Below the pieces are notes generated by a model that was not told where the DNA came from, made no database searches, and saw only the letters and a list, made by a program, of their open reading frames with translations. Position numbers and translations under genes: made by a program. Below, piece after piece: positions 1 through 7,153 of a stretch of DNA of 32,000 nt; positions within the stretch are counted from its first letter, which is position 1; each line of letters begins with the position of its first letter. The stretch is taken from positions 600,001 through 632,000 of the forward strand of contig OY969425.1 in assembly GCA_963699255.1 (NCBI GenBank), in the 5' to 3' direction. This DNA is from an uncultured bacterium. Its GTDB lineage: Bacteria > Margulisbacteria > WOR-1 > CAVSGV01.

Positions 1-728
1 AGATCATAGGTCATCTTTAAGATCACAAATGAAAATATCGAGCCGATCATACCGATGATCACGCCTTCTATTATAAAGGGCCATTTTATGAAAGTGTTGG
101 TCGCTCCAACCAGTTTCATTATGGAGATATCTTTTTCTCTCGCTATAACGGTAAGCCTTATCGTATTGATCACAATGAGCAGCGTAGCGACCGAAAGCAT
201 GCAGACCAATATCAGTCCGCCTATCCTTATGGCGGAGGCAAGGGATTCAACCTGTTCTATCAGCTTGCCGCTGAACCTGACCTCTGATATGGAAGGCATC
301 ACCGATATCTGCTTCGCGACCGATGCCACAAGCTCCGGTATCTGCACGGTAACATTAAAGGTGTCAGGAAGAGGATTATCGGAAACAGCGTCTTCCAGCT
401 TCAAGTTCCCGCCGTATTCCTCTTTGAATTTTTTCCACGCATTCTCTTTTGAAATATATTTAACGTCCGCCACGCCGCGCAGCATTGATATCCGGTTAAT
501 AATGCTGTCGACCTCATATTTATCAAGGGACTTGTCCACATAAGCGGAGACCTGTACGTTGCTGCTAATGCCGCCGATAATGCTCCCGATATTCGCGACG
601 CCCATCAGGAACACGCCGAAGACAGTAAGGGAAACAATGACCGTTCCCACCGCAACGAAGCTCATGATCCCGCTTCTCTTAAAGCCCGTCCATGCCTCGC
701 TTACGAAGAACTCGATGCTATTTAGCAC
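1..728 (-). CDS. ftsX: Cell-division ABC transporter permease FtsX; 3' end cut by the window edge
   Basis: Absent from the ORF track because it runs off the window. My minus-strand translation from GTG (726-728) reads VLNSIEFFVSEAWTGFKRSGIMSFVAVGTVIVSLTVFGVFLMG...VRFSGKLIEQVESLASAIRIGGLILVCMLSVATLLIVINTIRLTVIAREKDISIMKLVGATNTFIKWPFIIEGVIIGMIGS. This matches the FtsX layout of TM1, an extracytoplasmic loop and permease helices. The start overlaps the ftsE stop by 11 nt. Confidence 0.85.
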   Translation of the reverse strand, partial: MLNSIEFFVSEAWTGFKRSGIMSFVAVGTVIVSLTVFGVFLMGVANIGSIIGGISSNVQVSAYVDKSLDKYEVDSIINRISMLRGVADVKYISKENAWKKFKEEYGGNLKLEDAVSDNPLPDTFNVTVQIPELVASVAKQISVMPSISEVRFSGKLIEQVESLASAIRIGGLILVCMLSVATLLIVINTIRLTVIAREKDISIMKLVGATNTFIKWPFIIEGVIIGMIGSIFSFVILKMTYD

Positions 729-1404
729 TTCCGTAAACCCCCAGCTGTTCGTCCCTTATTATCCGCCCCGCTTCAAGGGCTATGACGCGTTTTCTCATGA
801 TATCCACTATGTTCTTATTGTGGGTGGTGACAATGACGGTGGTCCTTCTTTTATTTATCTTGTCGAGAAGGTTGATGATCTCCCAGGAAGTAGCGGGGTC
901 CAGGTTCCCCGTCGGCTCGTCCGCGATCAGAAGAGGCGGATTGTTCACGATAGCTCTTGCGATGCACGCTCTCTGCTGCTCTCCGCCGGAAAGATCATTT
1001 GGAAAACTGTCCGCCTTTTTCTGCAGGCCCACCAGTTCCAGCGCGAGAGAAACATGCCGCCTTATCATAGACCTTGGATGTCCGACCACCTGCATGGCAA
1101 AAGCTATGTTCTCCCACACGGTCCTCTTCGGCAGAAGCTTGAAATCCTGAAAAACGACGCCCATGTTCCTTCTTAAATAAGGGACCTGATAGGATTTAAG
1201 CTGCCCCACATTGATCTTGTCGATTATCACCTGTCCGGAAGTCGGAAGTTCTTCCCTGTACAGAAGCTTCATAAGGGTCGTTTTCCCCGATCCGCTCGGC
1301 CCGACGATGAAAATGAATTCTTCTTTTCCGATGTGGAGATTTATATCGTTCAGGGCTTCAAAATTATTGTGGTAGACCTTGGAAACGCCAACAAGTTGTA
1401 TCAT
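718..1404 (-). CDS. ftsE: Cell-division ABC transporter ATP-binding protein FtsE
   Basis: 228 aa with Walker A GPSGSGKTT, ABC signature LSGGEQQR and Walker B LLIADEPTGNLD. It lies directly upstream of ftsX. Confidence 0.93.
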   Translation of the reverse strand: MIQLVGVSKVYHNNFEALNDINLHIGKEEFIFIVGPSGSGKTTLMKLLYREELPTSGQVIIDKINVGQLKSYQVPYLRRNMGVVFQDFKLLPKRTVWENIAFAMQVVGHPRSMIRRHVSLALELVGLQKKADSFPNDLSGGEQQRACIARAIVNNPPLLIADEPTGNLDPATSWEIINLLDKINKRRTTVIVTTHNKNIVDIMRKRVIALEAGRIIRDEQLGVYGSAK

Positions 1405-2652
1405 CTATTTATATAAGGGGAATTTGCTGCAAAGCTCTTTAATGCCGGAAGCGACATCCTTTTTCACTTTTTCATCTTCCGGGTTTGAAAGAGTTCTGTT
1501 TATGAACGAGCCGATCATTTTCATCTCATCTTCCTTCATGCCCCGCGTAGTAAGCGCGGGCGTCCCTATCCTTATCCCGGAAGCGACCGAAGCCGCGGCT
1601 GTCTCGAACGGAATGGTGTTCTTGTTCACGGTGATCCCTACAGCGTCAAGAAAAGTTTCCGCCTGCTTGCCCGTAAGATTTTTGTTCCTCAGATCGATGA
1701 GCATAAGGTGGGTATCGGTCCCGCGCGAAACAAGCCTGAAACCGTGTTTCATTAGTTCGTCAGCCAGCGTCTTCGCGTTCTTGATTATCTGCTCCTGATA
1801 TTTTTTGAACTCCGGTTTAAGAGCTTCCCCGAACGCCACCGCTTTCGCGGCGATCACATGCATAAGAGGCCCTCCCTGGCTTCCCGGGAAAACCGACTTA
1901 TTCACCTGTTTGGCATATATTTCAGGGCAAAATATCGCTCCGCCTCTCGGTCCCCTTAATGTTTTATGCGTCGTGGTCGTTACCACGTGTGAACACGGGA
2001 TCGGTGAAGGATGAAGCCCGGCCGCTACAAGACCCGCGATATGCGCCATGTCGATGAACAGGTAAGCGCCAACCTCATCGCATATCTCCCTCATTTTCGG
2101 GAAATCGATGATCCTGGGATACGCGGTAGCGCCCCCGACTATCATCTTCGGCTTGTGCTCCCTGGCGAGGTCCCTCATCTGGTCATAATCGATGAATTCA
2201 TTGTCCTGCCTGACGCCGTATGAAATGAAATGAAAGTACATGCCGGAAATATTGACGGGGCTTCCATGGGTCAGGTGGCCTCCGTGGGAAAGATTAAGCC
2301 CCATTACGGTATCACCCGGCTTGATAAAGGACATATATGCGGACATGTTCGCCTGTGACCCGGAATGCGGCTGGACGTTCGCGTGCTCGCAGTTGAACAG
2401 CTTTTTCGCTCTTTCTATCGCAAGCGTCTCTACGATATCGACGTATTCGCATCCGCCGTAATATCGTTTTCCCGGATAACCCTCCGCGTATTTATTTGTA
2501 AGGACTGTGCCCTGGGCTTCCATAACGGCGCGGCTTGTGAAATTTTCAGACGCGATCATCTCAAGCTTGTTCTGCTGCCTGTCAAATTCCAGGTCGATCG
2601 CCCTGGCTACTTCGGGATCTGTTTTTCTTATGTGGTCGATATTAAAGTGCAT
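1405..2652 (-). CDS. glyA: Serine hydroxymethyltransferase
   Basis: 415 aa with SHMT hallmarks [24 protein letters not shown] and the PLP-lysine motif [14 protein letters not shown]. Its stop codon abuts the ftsE start with no gap. Confidence 0.97.
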   Translation of the reverse strand: MHFNIDHIRKTDPEVARAIDLEFDRQQNKLEMIASENFTSRAVMEAQGTVLTNKYAEGYPGKRYYGGCEYVDIVETLAIERAKKLFNCEHANVQPHSGSQANMSAYMSFIKPGDTVMGLNLSHGGHLTHGSPVNISGMYFHFISYGVRQDNEFIDYDQMRDLAREHKPKMIVGGATAYPRIIDFPKMREICDEVGAYLFIDMAHIAGLVAAGLHPSPIPCSHVVTTTTHKTLRGPRGGAIFCPEIYAKQVNKSVFPGSQGGPLMHVIAAKAVAFGEALKPEFKKYQEQIIKNAKTLADELMKHGFRLVSRGTDTHLMLIDLRNKNLTGKQAETFLDAVGITVNKNTIPFETAAASVASGIRIGTPALTTRGMKEDEMKMIGSFINRTLSNPEDEKVKKDVASGIKELCSKFPLYK

Positions 2653-2692
2653 AACGGAATATTATTTTATCATAACGCGGGACCGCCGTCAA
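2653..2692 (-). promoter_or_regulatory. Putative glyA-ftsEX promoter with a very short leader
   Basis: On the minus strand: TTGACG (2692-2687), 17-nt spacer, extended -10 TGaTAAAAT (-10 hexamer 2669-2664), then 11 nt to ATG at 2652. There is no SD in the gap. Confidence 0.5.
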
Positions 2693-4041
2693 TTTCTCCG
2701 GATCACCCTGGCCGGAGGATAACGAACGATGCCATGCGACCCAAAAGAGGATATGCCAAACTGTGAATTATCAACAGAGATATCGTCAAGGAACCAGCCT
2801 CTGAAACCATTATATTTCCTGTCCCCCGTTTTGAATACGAAACGAATCTTGATGAGATCGCCGGCATACGGCGTCAGGTCAAAATTATGCTGGACCCAGA
2901 CGCCTGGTTGATTAAAACCTCCGGAGGTATATGCCTCACCGGACACAGTAATAGATTTTGCGGGATCTTCATAAGGATTTAAATATCCAAGCAGGTCCCA
3001 TGTCGTGTAAGGACTTTTTGACACTGAAATAAGCATGGAATCATATCCGTTCCCCTGGGCGGGATTCTTCCCTTCTATCTCCCACCATGTCCAGAAACTC
3101 AACTTTCCGGAAGAATAGCCCGCAAGGTTCATCTCCGGCGATTCCAGTGTTCCGCTATTACCATTGACATACGAATCGCCTCCGGTACCGCTTTCGGTCG
3201 TCGCGACATCCTGCGGGTCCTGGTTCCCTATATAGGAAGCCTCGACCGTCGCCGGAAATGTCTGTCCGTACCAGAAGTAATAATGATGCCCTAAAGAAGA
3301 ATCTTTGTCATAAGGAATTGACCCATCATCACTAAGGTATACTTTCCTTGTCTGAGTTGTATCGGTACGGTTAAAATAATTTTTAAATCTCGTACCCTCG
3401 CCATCCTTTGCGCTGTCATCCTGTCTGTGCCAGAAATTATTTTGATATTGATCGGCAAATGTAATGAATCCCTGGGTGCCGGACTCAAAAGTGTAATTGA
3501 ATGCATCGGATGTCCCAACATAAGGAAGGTAGAAAGTATTTGCATTGACCGTGCTTCCGTTAATTACGGTGACGGACTCCGAAGAACTTATGTAATTATC
3601 CGCGTAAGCAGAAACATTTGTAGCCCCGACCGGGACGTTATATAAAGTATATATCCCGCTTTGGTCCGTATACGCCACACCGCCATTGGATTCCGCGACC
3701 CTGGCCTGATAAAGTCCGGTGCCGTAAAGTCTTTTGACCATACCCGTGATATTTCCCTGGTATTGTTGGAAAGAAGCCAAGTCGATATTCAGGGTGGTCT
3801 GGTTCCCGGACGTTATGGTTTCAGCACTTGAATATAAACTATAGCCCAGAGCAGAGGCATAAACCTCCGTTGTTCCCACAGGAATGTCCGTCAATTTATA
3901 ATTCCCTGAACTGTCCGTTACGTCATAATTTGTTACCGTCCAGACGTTAGCCCCTGAGACCGGAACGCCGCTGCTGGTGACAGTTCCCTGTATCCACCCC
4001 GGCGCGGGATATATCTGCATTATCGCCGCTATCCACCCCAT
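2689..4041 (-). CDS. Surface protein, C-terminal fragment of a frameshifted lipoprotein: CarboxypepD_reg-like repeats plus a MAM/choice-of-anchor-like beta-sandwich
   Basis: 450-aa ORF with repeated motifs GTVTSSGVPVSGANVW...TDSSGNYKLTDIPVGT and ...TDQSGIYTLYNVPVGA. The C-terminus reads LESPEMNLAGYSSGKLSFWTWWE...IKIRFVFKTGD...GWFLDDISVDN. There is no signal peptide at its Met. The same frame stays open upstream to 4170 (FNSGTCNTRGEFHNFNTNTLNWDLLGQGYPTAATGTIDFYTNQ-M...). Confidence 0.7.
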   Translation of the reverse strand: MGWIAAIMQIYPAPGWIQGTVTSSGVPVSGANVWTVTNYDVTDSSGNYKLTDIPVGTTEVYASALGYSLYSSAETITSGNQTTLNIDLASFQQYQGNITGMVKRLYGTGLYQARVAESNGGVAYTDQSGIYTLYNVPVGATNVSAYADNYISSSESVTVINGSTVNANTFYLPYVGTSDAFNYTFESGTQGFITFADQYQNNFWHRQDDSAKDGEGTRFKNYFNRTDTTQTRKVYLSDDGSIPYDKDSSLGHHYYFWYGQTFPATVEASYIGNQDPQDVATTESGTGGDSYVNGNSGTLESPEMNLAGYSSGKLSFWTWWEIEGKNPAQGNGYDSMLISVSKSPYTTWDLLGYLNPYEDPAKSITVSGEAYTSGGFNQPGVWVQHNFDLTPYAGDLIKIRFVFKTGDRKYNGFRGWFLDDISVDNSQFGISSFGSHGIVRYPPARVIRRN

Positions 4042-4058
4042 CTGATTAGTATAGAAGT

Positions 4059-4739
4059 CTATCGTGCCGGTAGCAGCCGTTGGATATCCTTGCCCCAGAA
4101 GATCCCAATTAAGAGTATTTGTATTGAAATTGTGAAATTCACCTCTTGTGTTGCAGGTACCTGAGTTAAATTAGGTATGGAAAGTTTTGCCTGAGCACCA
4201 AGCGTAATATTATCCGGCTTTGCATAGATAATATATGAAACGAATTGATTTCCCTCCGGCGGATTATACGGAGCGGCTACCTTGGGAACGGTCGTAAGGA
4301 CAACATTGGTTGTAGTGGAAAAAGCCCCGGCGGGGAACACCATCTTTATGCTGCCGGTGGTGTTCCCCGCTGTGCCCCCGGATGGAGAGATCGGCGTTAC
4401 CTTGCTGTCCAGGTCCGCAAGGACAGCGATCCCCGCATTCGCGCTCGTTCCCCCTGAAAAAGTGACCTTCCTGTATGAAGAGGTATGCGCGACGGAATTG
4501 ATCTTTATGATCTTTACCCCGGAAGGAAGGTTAATAAAAGAATATCTGCCGTTCGAAAGGGTCTTTGCGGTGGCGCTGTCCACAACTACATCGGCGTTCG
4601 ATATCGGGCTGTAAGCCAGGTCAACGACAGTTCCATAGAGATTGCCGACGCCTCCGCCGCCGCCCGCTCTGCCGCACCCGCCAAGAAACAAAGAGCATCC
4701 GATAAGAAATATCATCAACCACGAAATTCGCGTCCTCAT
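4059..4739 (-). CDS. Lipoprotein, N-terminal fragment of the same frameshifted surface protein
   Basis: 226-aa ORF. Signal peptide with lipobox MRTRISWLMIFLIGCSLFLGGC, a Gly-rich linker, then a CarboxypepD_reg-like segment (GNLYGTVVD...SNGRYSFINLPSG). The last ~25 aa (ISIQILLIGIFWGKDIQRLLPAR) look like out-of-frame read-through. Confidence 0.7.
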   Translation of the reverse strand: MRTRISWLMIFLIGCSLFLGGCGRAGGGGGVGNLYGTVVDLAYSPISNADVVVDSATAKTLSNGRYSFINLPSGVKIIKINSVAHTSSYRKVTFSGGTSANAGIAVLADLDSKVTPISPSGGTAGNTTGSIKMVFPAGAFSTTTNVVLTTVPKVAAPYNPPEGNQFVSYIIYAKPDNITLGAQAKLSIPNLTQVPATQEVNFTISIQILLIGIFWGKDIQRLLPAR

Positions 4740-4775
4740 TATATATAGTTTAACCAGATATGGGCCTTAAATCAA
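4740..4775 (-). promoter_or_regulatory. Putative leaderless promoter of the lipoprotein gene
   Basis: On the minus strand: TTGATT (4775-4770), 17-nt spacer, TAAACT (4752-4747), then 6 nt to ATG at 4739. No SD. Confidence 0.4.
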
Positions 4776-4790
4776 GATATTTGCCGAGAT

Positions 4791-4860
4791 AACCCCTTCT
4801 GTTCCTCGCTATCGCTCGGAACTTCTCCCCCTTAGTAAGGGGGAGATACAGTGGGGGTTA
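4791..4860. repeat. GC-rich nested-hairpin repeat, copy 1
   Basis: About 70 nt, near-identical to 21279-21349. Inner hairpins are GTTCC..GGAAC (4801-4805/4818-4822) and TCTCCCCC-TTAGTAA-GGGGGAGA (4824-4846). They are enclosed by AACCCCTTCTG / CAGTGGGGGTT. Confidence 0.8.
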
Positions 4861-4872
4861 GGCAATTCATGT

Positions 4873-4901
4873 TTGCCAAGAGGAAGTGAACTGTGTATAA
4901 T
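4873..4901 (+). promoter_or_regulatory. Putative promoter of the zinc-ribbon/guaB3 operon (leaderless)
   Basis: TTGCCA (4873-4878), 17-nt spacer, TATAAT (4896-4901), then 9 nt to ATG at 4911. The GTG at 4893 used by the ORF track lies inside the spacer. Confidence 0.55.
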
Positions 4902-4910
4902 AAAACCTTC

Positions 4911-5195
4911 ATGGCGGAAAAAAAAGAAGATCAGGAAGAAGCTCAGACGTGCGAGGAATGCGGCGGCACCCTTAAACCGAACAAAATAAGGCTTGAGGAA
5001 TTCGAGGGCGGAAAGCTTTTTGTTATAGAGGACGCACCCGTGATGGAGTGCGAAAGCTGCGGAGAAGTCTGGGTCCCTCAGCCCATAATCGACGAGTTTG
5101 AACAGATGATGGATGCGGCCAAGAAGAACAAACCACTGAAAAAATTACAGCCGAAGATCGATGCGTCTAAAGCGCATAAAACTAAAAAGAAATAA
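4911..5195 (+). CDS. Small YgiT/MqsA-N-type zinc-ribbon protein with a Lys-rich tail
   Basis: Two CxxC pairs (CEECGG...CESCGE) in the pattern TCEECGGTL..(30 aa)..MECESCGEVWV, typical of YgiT-type zinc fingers. There is no HTH domain. Start moved to ATG 4911 because of the promoter geometry; the alternative start is GTG 4893. Confidence 0.6.
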   Translation: MAEKKEDQEEAQTCEECGGTLKPNKIRLEEFEGGKLFVIEDAPVMECESCGEVWVPQPIIDEFEQMMDAAKKNKPLKKLQPKIDASKAHKTKKK

Positions 5196-5207
5196 GGAGA
5201 TATCAGC

Positions 5208-6368
5208 ATGGAAACAGAACTGGGAAAAGGAAAAAGGACAAGAAGGACCTATGGGTTTGACGAGATAGCTCTGGCGGCTTCGATCATTACGGTCAACCCG
5301 GATGATGTCGATATATCAACGACCATCGCGGGCATAAAACTAAAGCTCCCGATAATAGCGTCCGCGATGGATGGGGTCGTAAGCCCGAAGACGGCGATAT
5401 TGATGAGCAAATACGGCGGGCTTGGAGTACTGAACCTGCAGGGCGTCTGGGCAAAATACGAGAACGCGGACGAGATCCTGGAGCAGATAGCTTCCACCTC
5501 AAAAGACGAATACGTGGCGCTGATGCAGAAAATATACCTGGAACCGTCAAAACCAAAGCTCGTGGAAAAAAGGATAAAGGAGATCAAGGCTGCCGGCGCG
5601 AAAGTCGCCGTTTCTTCCATTCCTCAGCAGGCAATGGAATTTGGCCCTCTGGCAGCAAAGGCCGGAGCCGACGTATTCTTTATTCAGGCAACGGTGTTTT
5701 CAACAAAACACAAATCAACGGGATCAAATATGCTTGTACTGCCGGATTTCTGCAAAGAAATAAAGATCCCGGTGGTAGTGGGCAATTGCGCCACATATGA
5801 CGTAGCTCTTGACCTTATGAAGAACGGCGCGGCCGCAGTCCTTGTCGGTATAGGCCCTGGAGCCGCCTGCACATCCAGAGGCGTTCTCGGCATAGGGATA
5901 CCTATGGCTACAGCCATATCAGACTGCGCGGCTGCCAGGGAAACTCACTTTAAAGAAACAGGAAAATATGTTCCTATCATCGGCGACGGCGGAATGGCAG
6001 TTGGCGGAGACATATGCAAAGCTATCGCCTGCGGCGCGGATGCTGTAATGATCGGCTCCCCTATCGCAAAAGCAGAAGAAGCTCCCGGAAGGGGCTTTCA
6101 CTGGGGAATGGCAACGCCAAGCCCGGTGCTTCCCAGAGGAACAAGGATAAAAGTCGGAACGATCGGGACACTGAAGGAAATACTTCTTGGCCCGGCAAAA
6201 TACGATGACGGCTCAATGAATTTCGAGGGAAGCCTTAAGACATCCATGGGAACGCTCGGAGCATCCAACATTAAAGAAATGCAGCACGTGGAAGTGGTCA
6301 TAGCTCCTTCGATCCTGACCGAAGGGAAAGTCTATCAAAAAGCCCAGCAGCTGGGGATGTACAAGTAG
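5208..6368 (+). CDS. guaB3: GuaB3-type IMP dehydrogenase-family protein (no CBS pair)
   Basis: 386 aa. The N-terminus GKGKRTRRTYGFDEIALA...LPIIASAMDGVVSP and the TIM-barrel motifs GIGPGAACTSR and IIGDGG match the GuaB3 subfamily. SD AGGAG lies 8 nt upstream. Confidence 0.85.
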   Translation: METELGKGKRTRRTYGFDEIALAASIITVNPDDVDISTTIAGIKLKLPIIASAMDGVVSPKTAILMSKYGGLGVLNLQGVWAKYENADEILEQIASTSKDEYVALMQKIYLEPSKPKLVEKRIKEIKAAGAKVAVSSIPQQAMEFGPLAAKAGADVFFIQATVFSTKHKSTGSNMLVLPDFCKEIKIPVVVGNCATYDVALDLMKNGAAAVLVGIGPGAACTSRGVLGIGIPMATAISDCAAARETHFKETGKYVPIIGDGGMAVGGDICKAIACGADAVMIGSPIAKAEEAPGRGFHWGMATPSPVLPRGTRIKVGTIGTLKEILLGPAKYDDGSMNFEGSLKTSMGTLGASNIKEMQHVEVVIAPSILTEGKVYQKAQQLGMYK

Positions 6369-6423
6369 AGATGTTCAGAATATCAGTAGATCAGAGTATC
6401 AGAAAGAGTTAAGGCTAGGTGTC

Positions 6424-6450
6424 GCGGAGTCAAGCTCCGCTCTTTTTATT
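6424..6450 (+). terminator. Rho-independent terminator after guaB3
   Basis: GCGGAG-TCAAG-CTCCGC followed by TCTTTTTATT. Confidence 0.7.
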
Positions 6451-6493
6451 CAAAGAGCACAGCTTGCCTGTGCGAAGCCACTCAAGTGGAGCA

Positions 6494-7066
6494 CTAGAAC
6501 CCGAATGGATCCTTATCGTACAGGATATCAAGCTCCGGGTTGATCATATGCAGCTCTTTCATAAAATCATCCCACCTGTCCTCATGCTCCCATTTACTTC
6601 CAATGCCAACACCGGTAAGCATTAGATCTATGTGTTTCAAATTCGGTAAGTTCCTCATGAACTCGACAGCTTCCATCCCTTCTTTGCCTATCTGCTTGTT
6701 ATTATACAAATTCAATCTCTCCAGTTTTTTGATGCATGAAAGATTGTTGAACTCATTCCCCTTGATAGCAAAAGAACCGGACAGGTCCACTTCCGTCAGG
6801 TTACGAAAGCTCTCAAAAAGCAGTATCCCCTTTCCGGTAATGCAAGAATTGGGCAAAGATATAGCCTGCACACTATCCAGCCATTTAAATGACTTCAGTT
6901 TCACGATCGTCCTGATCAGGTCTTCATTAGTACATAAGTTCTTCATGTCCAGCCTGATCAAGCGCTTATCAATGCTCATCCCCTTTATCTCCTTCCCGCA
7001 GCTCTGCCTTAGCCTCAATGAAAGGTTCTGAGAGTCCCAACTAATTATTCTTTGTAAGCCGGACAT
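6494..7066 (-). CDS. Leucine-rich-repeat protein, RNI/FBXL-like (Cys-containing LRR subtype)
   Basis: Repeats such as FRNLTEVDLSGSFAIKGNEFNNLSCIKKLERLNLYNNKQIGKEGMEAVEFMRNLPNLKHIDL. Start set at ATG 7066 (MSGLQRII...) because SD GGAGGGAG (7078-7071) lies 4 nt upstream (spacer 7067-7070); the ORF-track start is 7111. Hand counts of sample lines give about 38-40% GC, against about 57% in a guaA line. Confidence 0.7.
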   Translation of the reverse strand: MSGLQRIISWDSQNLSLRLRQSCGKEIKGMSIDKRLIRLDMKNLCTNEDLIRTIVKLKSFKWLDSVQAISLPNSCITGKGILLFESFRNLTEVDLSGSFAIKGNEFNNLSCIKKLERLNLYNNKQIGKEGMEAVEFMRNLPNLKHIDLMLTGVGIGSKWEHEDRWDDFMKELHMINPELDILYDKDPFGF

Positions 7067-7109
7067 ATACTCCCTCCATATTTCGCATATAATATATATC
7101 GTTAAAAAC

Positions 7110-7125
7110 ACTGAAAAGTTTCAGT
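7110..7125. promoter_or_regulatory. 16-bp near-perfect palindrome ACTGAAAAGTTTCAGT between divergent promoters
   Basis: 7 of 8 half-site positions are symmetric (14 of 16 bp). It abuts the guaA -35 (7126) and overlaps a possible LRR-gene -35 (TTTTCA, 7117-7112). Confidence 0.35.
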
Positions 7126-7153
7126 TTGATTTGTCGACCTTTTGTGATAATAT
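7126..7153 (+). promoter_or_regulatory. Putative guaA promoter
   Basis: TTGATT (7126-7131), 16-nt spacer, TAATAT (7148-7153), then 14 nt to ATG at 7168 with no SD. Confidence 0.45.

Noticed and set aside
55-1176. Plus-strand ORFs 55-543 (162 aa), 559-1176 (205 aa) and 782-1150 (122 aa)
   Set aside because: They lie entirely antisense to the well-supported ftsX and ftsE genes. They have low-complexity S/T/L/P-rich sequences, no SD and no recognisable motifs. They are shadow ORFs.
4059-4170. Programmed -1 ribosomal frameshifting at the lipoprotein and rtcB (25334-25356) junctions
   Set aside because: Neither junction contains an X XXY YYZ slippery heptamer in the upstream frame or an obvious downstream pseudoknot or hairpin. 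RtcB is not known to require recoding. A simple 1-nt deletion or sequencing error is the more economical explanation.
4791-4860. The GC-rich 70-nt repeat as a MITE or IS remnant
   Set aside because: No target-site duplication is visible at either copy, no transposase is nearby, and the inverted termini double as the closing stem of a structure that shows compensatory change. It is kept as a structured repeat. A mobile origin is not excluded but is unsupported.
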